In this document: positions 51,215 through 61,006 of the stretch, piece after piece
Layout: every line of letters begins with the position of its first letter
How positions within the stretch are numbered: the first letter of the stretch is position 1
Assembly (NCBI GenBank): GCA_963750165.1
Contig: CAVVPN010000003.1
Location: 2,688,001-2,752,000 of the forward strand
Direction of reading: 5' to 3'
Length of the DNA: 64,000 nucleotides
Source: an uncultured Gemmataceae bacterium
GTDB lineage: Bacteria > Planctomycetota > Planctomycetia > Gemmatales > Gemmataceae
Made by a program: the position numbers and the translations under genes
Notes under the pieces: generated by a model
Database searches by the model: none
What the model saw: only the letters and a program-made list of their open reading frames with translations
What the model was told of the DNA's origin: nothing

Positions 51215-52177
51215 ATGCTCCACCGACTCAGGAAACACCTGGCGTACAGCTACTTCAAGTATCGCACCGGGGGGATTTGCTCCACCCCGCCGCTGCCCTG
51301 CGACCCCGCCGCCGGCTGCGAAGTCCACACCATGCTCGGGGCGCGCGACCTGCCGATGTACCTGCTGGCGGTCAAGTCGCTGCTGCGCTTCGGGCCGCCG
51401 GTCGGTGTCGTCATCCACTCCGACGGCACCCTGACGAGCCGTGAGGTCAACCTGCTCCGCAATCAACTCCCGGGCGCCCGACTCGTGGACGCCGCCGAGG
51501 CCGACGCCCGCGCCCGCACCGCCCTGGGGGCCGACTCCTTCCTGTGGCGCTGCCGCGGCTTCGATGTCAACTACCGGCGGCTGATCGACACGGAGTTGTG
51601 GTGCAACACCCCCAAGCGGATCATCATGGACTCCGACGTCCTGGTACTGCGGCCGCCGCAAGAGGTCATCGACTGGGTCGAGCGCGGCGACGGCCCTTTC
51701 CTCATCGGCGTTCCGCCGAAGAACGCCGGCCCCACCGAGAAGGACACCGACCTGTCCAAGGTCCACGTCCAGGGCGTCTTCCGCGTCAAGTTGCAGGAGA
51801 TCGCCGCGGGCGTGGGGCTGCCGGCCGAGTTCCTGGACGGCACCACCGCCGGCTTCTACGGCTGCACCAACGAACTGTCGCTCGACCGCGTGGAGCGGCT
51901 CGTCAAAACGTGCCTGGACCTGAAGCTGCCACTGCATCACTGGGGCAGCGATCAGTGCATGGTCATCTACCTGCTCTCGGTCACCCGGGCGGTCCGGCTC
52001 AACCCGGAGTTGTATCTCAACTTCTGGCCGGAGGATCTGCCGCGCGTCGCCGGCGCCCACGTCGTCCACTTCCTGGGCACCAACCGGTTTTACAAGCATG
52101 TGTATACCAGCGAGGCGGTGAAAGTCGTCCGGGCGCTCCAGGCCGGGCAGGCGGTCCCGGCCCGGAATCCAGCGTGA
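51215..52177 (+). CDS. Nucleotide-diphospho-sugar transferase-like (GT-A, GT8-like) protein
   Basis: HSDG, IMDSDVL (DxD), SDQ, VVHFLG. Confidence 0.65.
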   Translation: MLHRLRKHLAYSYFKYRTGGICSTPPLPCDPAAGCEVHTMLGARDLPMYLLAVKSLLRFGPPVGVVIHSDGTLTSREVNLLRNQLPGARLVDAAEADARARTALGADSFLWRCRGFDVNYRRLIDTELWCNTPKRIIMDSDVLVLRPPQEVIDWVERGDGPFLIGVPPKNAGPTEKDTDLSKVHVQGVFRVKLQEIAAGVGLPAEFLDGTTAGFYGCTNELSLDRVERLVKTCLDLKLPLHHWGSDQCMVIYLLSVTRAVRLNPELYLNFWPEDLPRVAGAHVVHFLGTNRFYKHVYTSEAVKVVRALQAGQAVPARNPA

Positions 52178-52192
52178 CCGAGCGAGAGGCGC

Positions 52193-54223
52193 ATGGCTAA
52201 CACTCTGCTGATCGAACCCCCGGCGAACACCGTGGCCGCGAAGGTCCCCGGGTTCCGCTGTGACGACCACGGCAAGCCGGTCCTCCCGGCGTCGCCGGAG
52301 GCGCTGTACGCCTTCGGCGACCTGATCCGCCGCACCGAACAGCTGATTCTGGCGCAGTTCGGCCGCGGTCTGGTGTCCGGCACCACGCACACCTGTCTGG
52401 GCCAGGAATTGTGCCAGATGGCGGTGGTGCGCGCCCTCGACCACCCCGCCGATGCGGTGCTGTCCAACCACCGCAACCACGGCCACTTCCTCACCTACTC
52501 CGGCGAGTTCGTCGGCCTGGTGGCGGAGGTCATGGGCCGGCAGCGCGGCGTGTGTGGCGGCCGCGGCGGCAGTCAGCACCTGGCCTATCGCCACTTCCAC
52601 AGCAACGGCGTGCAGGGCGGTATGGCCGGCATCGGCGTCGGTCTGGCCCTGGCCCGCCAGCGCCGCCGGGAGCGGGCGGTTGTCGCCGTCCTGGTCGGCG
52701 ACGGCACCCTGGGCGAAGGGCTACTGTACGAGAGCCTGAACCTGGCCGGCGTCTGGCAGGTGCCGGCCCTGTTCGTGGTGGAGCACAACGGCATCGCCCA
52801 GACCACCTGCACCGCGGACACCGTCGCCGGCACCATTGAGGACCGCGGTCGTGCCTTCGGGCTGCCGGTCTGGCGGCTCGACGACGCCGACCCGGACCTG
52901 TTCCACCGAGCCGAGGCCGTCGTCGCCCAGGTGCGCGACAGCGGCCGGCCCGGCTTCCTGGTCATCGACACCCGCCGCCTGGGGCCGCACAGCAAGGGCG
53001 ATGACCTGCGCCCCGCCGCGGAGATGGAGGCCATCCGGACGCGCGACCCGCTCGCCGCCCTGGGGCGGCGCCTCCCCGAGTCGCTGCGCCGCGGCATCGA
53101 GGAGCGCAACGCCGCCTTCCTGCAACAGGTCGAAGCCGAGGCCGCCGCCTCCCCCGAGGCCCGCGACCAGGAGCCACCGCGGCACCTCTTTACCGCCGCC
53201 GCCGAGCCCGCCCCGGCACCGCCGCCGAGCCCGCCCCGGGCCAACGTCCGCGCCGCGCTCAACGCCGGCCTGCGCCACCTGCTCGACAGCGCGGATGACA
53301 CCCTGCTGCTCGGCGAGGACCTGCACGACCCCTACGGCGGCGCCTTCAAGGTGACCGCCGGCCTGTCCACCGACTTCCCAGGACGCGTCCTGTCCACGCC
53401 GATCAGCGAGGCCGGCATCGCCGGTGTGGGCATCGGCCTGGCCCTGGCCGGCCTGCGGCCCGTCGTGGAAGTCATGTTCGCGGACTTCCTGACGCTGTGC
53501 CTGGATCAGCTGTACAACCACGCGGTCAAGTTCCCCGGCGTCTTCCCCGACCTGCGCGTGCCGCTGGTGGTGCGCGCCCCCAGCGGCGGACGGCGCGGCT
53601 ACGGCCCGACGCACAGCCAGAGTCCGGAGAACCTGTTCACCGCCGTCCCGGGCTTGACGGTGGTCTTCGGCAGCCACCGCCACGACAACGGCCGCCTGCT
53701 GGTCAACGCCAGTCAGGGTTGGCCCTACCCGGTGCTATTCTTCGAGCACAAATTGCTCTACAGCGAGACGCAGGCCGCGGGCGATTACCGGCTGCTGGCC
53801 GCCGTCGCCACGGACGCCGCGGCGGAGCTGTTCCCCACTCTGGTGCGCGGCGGCGGCCAGCCCGACGTGACCGTGCTGACCTATGGCGGTATGCTGCCGG
53901 TCGTGGAGGAAGCGGTCCGCCGCCTGGAGGAGCGCGAGGAACTCGCTGTTGAGGTGGTGGTGCCGGCGCTGCTGGCGCCGTTCCCGCGCACGACGCTGGT
54001 CGGCCATCTGCGCGACCGGCCGCGCGTGGTGGTGGTGGAGGAAGCTCATCATCAGTTCGGCTACGGCGCGGAAGTGCTGGCCAACCTGCTGGAGGCCGGC
54101 TTCCGTGGTCGAGCGCTGCGGGTCGGCACACCACCGGTGCCCCTGGCTTCGGCCCGCAGCCTGGAGAAACAGCTCATCCCGGACGCGGAGGCGGTCGCCC
54201 GCGCGGTGCTGCGACTGTTCTGA
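52193..54223 (+). CDS. Fused E1 alpha+beta, ThDP-dependent 2-oxoacid dehydrogenase/transketolase-like
   Basis: GTTHTCLGQE, GDGTLGEG...HN, TPISEAG, EVMFADF, YGPTHSQ. Confidence 0.92.
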   Translation: MANTLLIEPPANTVAAKVPGFRCDDHGKPVLPASPEALYAFGDLIRRTEQLILAQFGRGLVSGTTHTCLGQELCQMAVVRALDHPADAVLSNHRNHGHFLTYSGEFVGLVAEVMGRQRGVCGGRGGSQHLAYRHFHSNGVQGGMAGIGVGLALARQRRRERAVVAVLVGDGTLGEGLLYESLNLAGVWQVPALFVVEHNGIAQTTCTADTVAGTIEDRGRAFGLPVWRLDDADPDLFHRAEAVVAQVRDSGRPGFLVIDTRRLGPHSKGDDLRPAAEMEAIRTRDPLAALGRRLPESLRRGIEERNAAFLQQVEAEAAASPEARDQEPPRHLFTAAAEPAPAPPPSPPRANVRAALNAGLRHLLDSADDTLLLGEDLHDPYGGAFKVTAGLSTDFPGRVLSTPISEAGIAGVGIGLALAGLRPVVEVMFADFLTLCLDQLYNHAVKFPGVFPDLRVPLVVRAPSGGRRGYGPTHSQSPENLFTAVPGLTVVFGSHRHDNGRLLVNASQGWPYPVLFFEHKLLYSETQAAGDYRLLAAVATDAAAELFPTLVRGGGQPDVTVLTYGGMLPVVEEAVRRLEEREELAVEVVVPALLAPFPRTTLVGHLRDRPRVVVVEEAHHQFGYGAEVLANLLEAGFRGRALRVGTPPVPLASARSLEKQLIPDAEAVARAVLRLF

Positions 54224-54300
54224 CGCTGGCCCAGCCCGTAGGATACACGGACAGGGCCTCCCACCCCGTCGCCGAACCAGACACTCCGGAACAGACCGTC

Positions 54301-55395
54301 ATGCCTTACCCGCTGCGTGTACCGCGTGTCAACAACAATGACGACTCCGCCCGGCTGCTGCGCGTGCTCGCCCAGAAGGGCGAGGCCGTGCGGCGCGGCG
54401 CCGTGGTCGCGGAGATCGAAACGGACAAGTCGGTGGCCGACGTGGAGGCCGAGCAGGACGGCTACGTCCTCCAGATCGTCGGCGTCCCCGGTCAGGAAGT
54501 GGCCGTCGGTGGCGTTCTGCTCTGGCTGGGCGACCGGCCCGATGAGCCCGTGCCGGCGGCGGACGAGTCGGGGCCGACGCCGGTTGCCGCCGCCAGCGCG
54601 GAGCCCACGGCCAAGGCCCGGGCCTTGCTCGCCGAGCACGGCCTGCGGACCGAGGAGGTGCCGGCCACGGGAGAGCGGCTGACCGTCGCAGACGTGGAGG
54701 CGTTCCTGGCGCGGCGTGCCGCCGGGGCAGGGCCGGCGCCGGCGCCGAAGTCCAAAGGGCCGGGGCCGCTCGCCGCCGGGGAGACGCGGCCGCTGACGGT
54801 GGAGGAGCGCGGCATGCTTCACACCGTCACCTGGCACCGCGACGAGGCCGTGGCTACTTACCTGGAGATGGAGTACGACCCGAAGCCCTGGGATGCGCAC
54901 GCCGCCACATTCGCGACGGAACGCAAGTTGCTGCTCAGTCCGCTGCTGCCCTTGCTGGCCCACCGCCTGGCCGAGGTGGCGCGGGCCACGCCCCGGGTCA
55001 ACGCGACCCTGGTGGACGGGCAGTTTTACCAGTATCGGCAGGTGAACCTTGGCTTCACGGTGCAGGCCGGTGAGCTACTTTACCTGGTAGTGGTGCAGGA
55101 CGCCGGCGCCCTGGACGCGGCCGGCTTCGTCAACCGCCTGGGGGAGCTGCAACGCCGGGCGGTGGCACGGAAGCTGCGGGCCGAGGAGACGCAGGGCGCG
55201 ACGGTCGGCTTCACCAGCATGGCCCGCTGGGGCGTGCGGCAACACGTGCCGGTGCTGCCGCCCTACTGTTCGCTGATGGTGGCCCATGCCGCGCCGCGCC
55301 AGGGCGGGCCGGCGGTGCTGGGCGCCAGCTACGACCACCGCGTGCTGAGCGGTTTCGACGTGGTGCGCGTGCTCCAGCAACTGACCCAACCGTGA
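54301..55395 (+). CDS. E2-like dihydrolipoyl acyltransferase (lipoyl, binding and divergent catalytic domains)
   Basis: EIETDKS lipoyl motif; SYDHRVLSG. Confidence 0.85.
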   Translation: MPYPLRVPRVNNNDDSARLLRVLAQKGEAVRRGAVVAEIETDKSVADVEAEQDGYVLQIVGVPGQEVAVGGVLLWLGDRPDEPVPAADESGPTPVAAASAEPTAKARALLAEHGLRTEEVPATGERLTVADVEAFLARRAAGAGPAPAPKSKGPGPLAAGETRPLTVEERGMLHTVTWHRDEAVATYLEMEYDPKPWDAHAATFATERKLLLSPLLPLLAHRLAEVARATPRVNATLVDGQFYQYRQVNLGFTVQAGELLYLVVVQDAGALDAAGFVNRLGELQRRAVARKLRAEETQGATVGFTSMARWGVRQHVPVLPPYCSLMVAHAAPRQGGPAVLGASYDHRVLSGFDVVRVLQQLTQP

Positions 55396-55410
55396 GGCCG
55401 GGGGGAACCC

Positions 55411-55677
55411 ATGAACTTGCAACGCGATGCCGTCAAGGCTGCCATCCACGGCCGCGTGGTGGAGCTGGCGCGCCGGCTCGGCGGCGACCCCAGCGGGTTC
55501 ACCGACGATGACCTGTTGCCAGCCACGGGCCTGCTCGACTCCGCGGCACTGCTGGAACTGGTGGCGTGGTACGAGGCCGAGTACCGCCTGACGCTGCGGC
55601 AGGAGGACATCAACATCGACAACCTGGGGTCGGTCAACGCCATGACGGACTTCGCACTTGCCCGTCGGGCGGACTGA
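55411..55677 (+). CDS. Acyl carrier protein
   Basis: 88 aa acidic protein, GLLDSAALLELV phosphopantetheine site. Confidence 0.85.
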   Translation: MNLQRDAVKAAIHGRVVELARRLGGDPSGFTDDDLLPATGLLDSAALLELVAWYEAEYRLTLRQEDINIDNLGSVNAMTDFALARRAD

Positions 55678-55686
55678 GGCGCCACC

Positions 55687-56705
55687 ATGCAACGCGAACT
55701 CATCCAGATCCCGGAAAGCACCGGCCCACGTTGTCGGTGGTGATCCACACAGAAGAAGAATTCGAGTGGGGCCGGCTCGACCGCACGGCTACTGCCGTCA
55801 CCCACATGGACCACATCCGCCGCGTCCAGGACCTGTTCGACGAGCAGGGGATTGTGCCGACCTACGTGGTGGACTACCCGATTGTGGACCAGGACGCCGG
55901 CTGTCGTCCGCTGCTGGACTTCGCCGCCGATGGCCGCGCCGTGATCGGCGCCCACCTGCACCCGTGGGTGTCGCCGCCGCACGTCGAGGCGCTGAACTTC
56001 TTCAACTCGTATCCTGGCAACCTGCCCTGCGATCTGGAGCGCGAGAAGCTGACGCAGCTGACGGAGCGCATCGCCGCGCGCTTCGGTGTTCGGCCGACGG
56101 TGTACCTGGCCGGCCGCTACGGCTTCGGCCCCAACACCGCGGCGCTGCTGGAGGACCTGGGCTACGAGGTGGACGTCAGCGCCATCGTGCCGCTGGACTT
56201 CAGCGGCGACGGCGGGCCGGATTATTCGGGCTACACCAACCATCCGTACTGGTTCGGCCGGCGCCGCCGGCTGCTGGGACTGCCCTGCACCGGCGACTTC
56301 GTGGGCTGGTTGCCCGGCGGCAAACGGCGGCTCCACTGGCTGGCCTCGCGGCCCCTGGGGGAGCGGTTGCGGCTGCGCGGCGTGCTGGCGCGGCTCCGGG
56401 CGGTGGAGCGCATGAGCCTGACCCCCGAGGGGCACACCAACGCGGAACTGCGCCGCCTGACGCGCTCCCTGCTGCGCCGCGGCTTCCGCACCTTCGTGTT
56501 CAGCTTTCACTCGCCGTCCATCCAGCCCGGCTGCACCCCCTATGTCCGCGACGCCCACGAACTGCGGACCTTCCTTGACAACTGCCGCGATTACTTCACC
56601 TTCTTCCTGAAGGAGCTGAACGGCGTCGCCCGGACGCCGTTGCAGATTCGTGCTGACCTGGAGCAGCCCTGTGCGGTCGCGGCACCGCTGGCCGTCCAGT
56701 CGTGA
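55687..56705 (+). CDS. Polysaccharide deacetylase (WalW-like); frameshift at ~55713
   Basis: ATG 55687 (MQRELIQIPE) joins VIHTEEEFEW, GAHLHPW, AGRYG, FSFHSPS after a one-base shift in an A run. Confidence 0.82.
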
Positions 56706-56714
56706 GGCGGTCAG

Positions 56715-57500
56715 TCACTGCTTCTGAATGTACCACTTCTGATAATTGTCGCGCTCGATCTCGACCGGCCGCTCCGGCCTGTCCGCCAGGAACTCGTCGA
56801 TGGCCTGGTTGCAGCCCGGCCACGGTGGGTCATTGTACTCGTCGAAAAGGATGATGCCCCCAGACGACAGGCGCGGATAAAAGAACTCCAGGCACTCCTT
56901 GTAAGACTGGTAGATGTCGCAATCCAGGTGGACGAAGCAGAACCGACGGTCGGCGAAGGCAGGCAGGGTGGCCGCGAAATAACCCCTGGTGACGCGAACC
57001 ACGTCCCCCAGCTGGAGCCGTGCGATCTTTTCCAGGACCGTCTCGTAGGAGGTTTCGTTGAAGCCGCCGACGCGCTTGTCGCTGCTGGCGGCGCCGCCGA
57101 GGCGGATGTCAATGTTGACGGCCTCGTCGAAACCCTCGAAGGAGTCGAAGCCGAGGACGGCCTTGGCGAGTTGATGCTGCTTGACGTACAGGCCCAGCGC
57201 CAGCAGACTCGACGCCCGGAAGACGCCGCACTCGGCCACGTCGCCGGGCACCGCGGCGGTGCGCCCCAGCAGTTCAAACAGGATGTTGATGTTCGACTCG
57301 CCCTCGGGCGACTTGACCGGTTTGGGGCGGACGGCGCGCGGCACCTTCACCTCGAGCAGTCGCGCCCACCGGGCCGGGCAGCGCTCCACGGGGGTGTTGC
57401 GCAGGACGGCGTACGCGACCGCCTGGGCCGTGTGCCGCGCGCCTGTGCGGTGCCAGAGCCAGCTTCGCAGCCGTTTCCACAGAGGTTTGGGTTCACTCAT
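56715..57500 (-). CDS. TylF/MycF-type sugar O-methyltransferase
   Basis: AECGVFR, FDSFEG, HLDCDIY, FDEY, WPG. Confidence 0.88.
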   Translation of the reverse strand: MSEPKPLWKRLRSWLWHRTGARHTAQAVAYAVLRNTPVERCPARWARLLEVKVPRAVRPKPVKSPEGESNINILFELLGRTAAVPGDVAECGVFRASSLLALGLYVKQHQLAKAVLGFDSFEGFDEAVNIDIRLGGAASSDKRVGGFNETSYETVLEKIARLQLGDVVRVTRGYFAATLPAFADRRFCFVHLDCDIYQSYKECLEFFYPRLSSGGIILFDEYNDPPWPGCNQAIDEFLADRPERPVEIERDNYQKWYIQKQ

Positions 57501-57527
57501 GGTCGCCGCCTCCCGCCCGGCCTGGCG

Positions 57528-58382
57528 TTACACGTTCAGGGCCACAATCTCCGAATACAGGTTCGCCATGTCCGCTTCGCCAAGGGTGTCGCTGCGGTAC
57601 ATCTTGTCAGGGAAGCCACCCACCTGGGCCGACAACCGCGGTCGGCGCGGCAGGAACCGCGATTCGATGCGCGTGCTCAGCATACCGTGCCGCAGCAGGA
57701 AAAAGCGCCCCAGGGTGAAGCGGTAGCGCAGGAACAGTTCCGGATCACTGACGGCCAGCACCGTCGCGCAGGGCAGTCGTTTCAGCAGTCCCTTGCGGTA
57801 GACGACGTGACAGAAGGCGCCCGGCCGACCCACGGCCACGTGCCGTAGCCAGTGCAGGTGGCGGTGGTCGCGGAAGACCTGGACGTCCGCGGGCGCCAGC
57901 ACGCGCTCCAGCGCCGCCGGGTCGGTCACCACGCGCACGCCCGGAATCCAGCCCGGCAAGTTGGGCAGCACTGTCATGCGCACGTCCATCGGCTTGAACT
58001 TGAGGAAGCGCAGCGCCCCCGCCACCACCGCAGTCGGTGTCAGGTCGGTGAAGTGAAATCCTGGTTGGGCGACGAGCGTCATCGCCAGGCGCAGGCTGTG
58101 GGCGCGGTACGGCTCCAGGACGCACCAGCTGGTGATGTTGCAGAACCGCTCCGGTTGACCGCGAATGACCCGCTCCGCGTAGATGGCGCCGATGCCGCCG
58201 CCGATCTTGCCTTTGGCGTCGCGGAGCAGAAAGCCGTGATTGGGCATCGCCAGCCGCCAGTCCTGACGGAACGCGGTCACCCAGTCCGCCACGGCAATCC
58301 GCGGGTTCAGGTGCTCGTGCAGGAACGCGCAGAACTCCGGCAAGTCCTCGTCGCGGATGGGGTGGATCGTCGGCAGCGACAT
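57528..58382 (-). CDS. GNAT-like hypothetical acyltransferase
   Basis: IRDEDL, FCNITSWCVLEPYRAHS resembles GNAT motif A. Confidence 0.55.
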   Translation of the reverse strand: MSLPTIHPIRDEDLPEFCAFLHEHLNPRIAVADWVTAFRQDWRLAMPNHGFLLRDAKGKIGGGIGAIYAERVIRGQPERFCNITSWCVLEPYRAHSLRLAMTLVAQPGFHFTDLTPTAVVAGALRFLKFKPMDVRMTVLPNLPGWIPGVRVVTDPAALERVLAPADVQVFRDHRHLHWLRHVAVGRPGAFCHVVYRKGLLKRLPCATVLAVSDPELFLRYRFTLGRFFLLRHGMLSTRIESRFLPRRPRLSAQVGGFPDKMYRSDTLGEADMANLYSEIVALNV

Positions 58383-58504
58383 GCGTGCAGCAGTCCGAAG
58401 GGTGATGGCATACGTCGGGGCCGGGGGCAGTGTATGAATCCTGCTGTCCCAAACAAGAGGGAAACACCCCCATCAGGCAGGTTTACAAAGTGTCTGGCGT
58501 GCAG

Positions 58505-58522
58505 TGTCAATCTCGGTTTACA
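58505..58522. promoter_or_regulatory. TGT-N12-ACA enhancer-like box
   Basis: TGTCAATCTCGGTTTACA, with extra GGTTTACA (58480) and GGGTTACA (58526) half-sites. Confidence 0.65.
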
Positions 58523-58650
58523 ACAGGGTTACACCTGTCGGGAGGGGCACCGGTTCGCCACCCAGGCCCCTCCACATTGTATTTTCTAAGACCTGTTCCT
58601 GGAAGAAGTTATAGAAAAATCGCCGCTTCTGATCTGGTGAGAGCGTGGCA

Positions 58651-58666
58651 CGGCACCAACTTTGCC
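58651..58666 (+). promoter_or_regulatory. sigma54-type promoter
   Basis: CGGCACCAACTTTGCC (GG-N10-GC). Confidence 0.68.
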
Positions 58667-58787
58667 AGAAGAAGAGGTGAATTCCCCATTGCTGTTGGAC
58701 CGCGACGGGTCGAGGCGGTGACCGGATGACCCAACCATCACCTTACGACCAAACATCCCCGCACGAGCTACCAGGCGTGAGCCGACT

Positions 58788-59867
58788 TTGAGCGACCGCA
58801 TCCAACCCACTTTCGATCCCCCCACCGCTGAACCGGGTCCCGCGGTGTCTCTGACTCCCCCGTCGGCTCGCCGCCGGCCGCACGCCTGGCGGCACCGGCT
58901 GCTCGTCGTGGCCAAACTGGGGTTCGCGGCCGCTCTGCTGACCTGGCTGTTCGTCAGCGGCCGGCTGGAGCTGGGCGGCCTGGCGGCGCTGGCGCCGTCC
59001 GCTGCCACACCGCTGGTCGTGGCCCTGGTCGCAGCCTGGCTGCTGTTGCCGGCGGTGCGCTGGTGGTGGCTGCTGCGGCTCCAGCACCTGCAAACGTCGC
59101 TGCCGCGCGTGCTGGCGCTGAGCTGGGTGGGCTACTTCACCACCTGCTTCCTGCCGGGAGCGACCGGCGGCGACCTGGCCCGGGCTTACCTGATTTGTCG
59201 CCGCCACCCCGGACTGCGGTTGCGGGCGCTGGCGAGTGTGGTGGTGGATCGCGCCGTGGGCATGTACAGCCTGCTCCTGCTGACGACCCTGTCCGGCGTG
59301 TGGTTGGTCTGCCGTCAGGGCCTGTCCCCGGCGATCGCCAACCTGGCCTGGCTGACCCTGACGCCCCTGGCGGCCATGACCCTGGGCGGAGCGATCCTGC
59401 TGTTCCAGGCTCCGCGCGAGGCGGGTCTGCGGCTGCTGCCGCGACGCTGGCGGCCGGCGTGGCGCAACTATTTGGGAGCGTATCGGGCCGGGCTGACCGG
59501 CGTGCTGACCTGCCTGGGACTGTCCCTGGCCAGCAGCGCCGTGGGCGTCCTGGCTCTGGCCGCGGTGGCGGACCTGCTGGGCCACCCCCTGCCGTTGGGG
59601 GTCGCCTTCCTGGCCGGGCCCCTGGTGTTCCTCAGCAACTGCCTGCCCGTGAGTCCCGGCGGAATCGGCTTCGCGGAAGCCACCTCGGACGTACTGTTGA
59701 ACTCCCTGGGCATCCTGGGCGGGGCCGAGATGATGCTGCTGTTGCGCATCTTCACCGTGGCTCTCTCCCTGCCCGGCGCCCTGGGGCTGCTGCATCCGGG
59801 GACCACGGAAACACCTGGCCCAGTCCAGCCGGGGGCGGAACCAGTCGCCGCGGCGGCGACCGCCTGA
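58788..59867 (+). CDS. Lysylphosphatidylglycerol-synthase TM domain / flippase-like protein
   Basis: RWWWLL, LPGATGGDLARAY, DRAVG, PVSPGGIGFAE. Confidence 0.85.
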   Translation: MSDRIQPTFDPPTAEPGPAVSLTPPSARRRPHAWRHRLLVVAKLGFAAALLTWLFVSGRLELGGLAALAPSAATPLVVALVAAWLLLPAVRWWWLLRLQHLQTSLPRVLALSWVGYFTTCFLPGATGGDLARAYLICRRHPGLRLRALASVVVDRAVGMYSLLLLTTLSGVWLVCRQGLSPAIANLAWLTLTPLAAMTLGGAILLFQAPREAGLRLLPRRWRPAWRNYLGAYRAGLTGVLTCLGLSLASSAVGVLALAAVADLLGHPLPLGVAFLAGPLVFLSNCLPVSPGGIGFAEATSDVLLNSLGILGGAEMMLLLRIFTVALSLPGALGLLHPGTTETPGPVQPGAEPVAAAATA

Positions 59868-59902
59868 ATGGACCGACTTCTCACGCAACACGAGGCTTTT
59901 TC

Positions 59903-60963
59903 ATGACGCCGACCAGCCAATCGGACGGGATCCTGACCCTCGCCGCACCGCCCACGCACCCGGAGGTTGGGTCGCCGACGCCGGCGGTCGCCGACCGGCA
60001 GGGCGGGCTGCTGGCACGGGTGCTGCCGTACGTCTCCATCGCGCGCCCCGACCACTGGTTCAAGAACGTCTTCATGGTCGCCGGCGTGATGCTGGCCCTG
60101 TTCTGCCATCCCGAGACGCTCGGCTGGGATCGCCTCGTGCCCTTCCTGTGCGCCGTGGCGGCCACCTGCCTGCTCGCCTCCAGCAACTACGTCATCAACG
60201 AAATCCTGGACGCGCCCAGCGACCGCAGCCATCCCAAAAAGCGTTTGCGTCCCATCCCGTCCGGCGCGTGTGGCTGCCGCTCGCCTACGCCGAGTGGGTC
60301 CTGCTCGGCGCCGCCGGTCTGCTGCTGGCCCAGACGGTGAACTGGCCGTTCTTCTGCGCCGGCCTGTTCCTGCTGGTCATGGGCATCATCTACAATGTGC
60401 CGCCGCTGCGCTCCAAGGAAGTGGCCTACGTGGACGTGCTGTCGGAGGCCATCAACAACCCCATCCGGCTGCTGCTGGGCTGGTTCGTGATGACGGCGAC
60501 GTTCTTCCCGCCGGTGTCGCTGCTCATCGCTTACTGGATGATCGGCGCCTTCTTCATGGCGACCAAGCGGATGGCCGAGTACCGCTCCCTGGGCGACCGG
60601 AGCGTGGCCGGGGCCTACCGCAAGTCGTTCCGCCATTACACGGAGGAGAGCCTGCTCGTCAGCATGTTCTTCTACGCCACCAGTTTCGCCCTGTTCCTTG
60701 GCGTCTTCATCATCCGCTACCACCTGGAGCTGATCCTGACCTTCCCGCTGCTGGCCGGTTTCGTCTGCTACTATTTGCACATCGCCTTCAAGAAGGACAG
60801 CGCCGCCCAGGCTCCGGAGAAGTTGTATCGCGAGAAGGGCCTGACGCTTTACCTGGTCGTCTGCGTGCTCGCCTTCTTCCTGCTGATGTTCACCAACATC
60901 CCCGTGCTGTACAAGTTCTTCAACGTCACCGCCTCGCCGGTGGCGCCGCTGTGGGAGTTTTAA
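59903..60963 (+). CDS. UbiA family, polyprenyl-phosphate phosphoribosyltransferase-like; frameshift at ~60265
   Basis: RPDHWFKN, NYVINEILDAPSDRSHPKKRLRPIPSG, KRMAE. Confidence 0.82.
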
Positions 60964-61006
60964 CCGTCGGCCCGGCGCTGTCTTTGACCAAAGGATACGG
61001 CTCGCA

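Noticed and set aside
52193..55395. Housekeeping pyruvate dehydrogenase operon
   Set aside because: Fused E1, divergent E2 catalytic motif, no E3, adjacent ACP and glycan-cluster context argue for a specialised role
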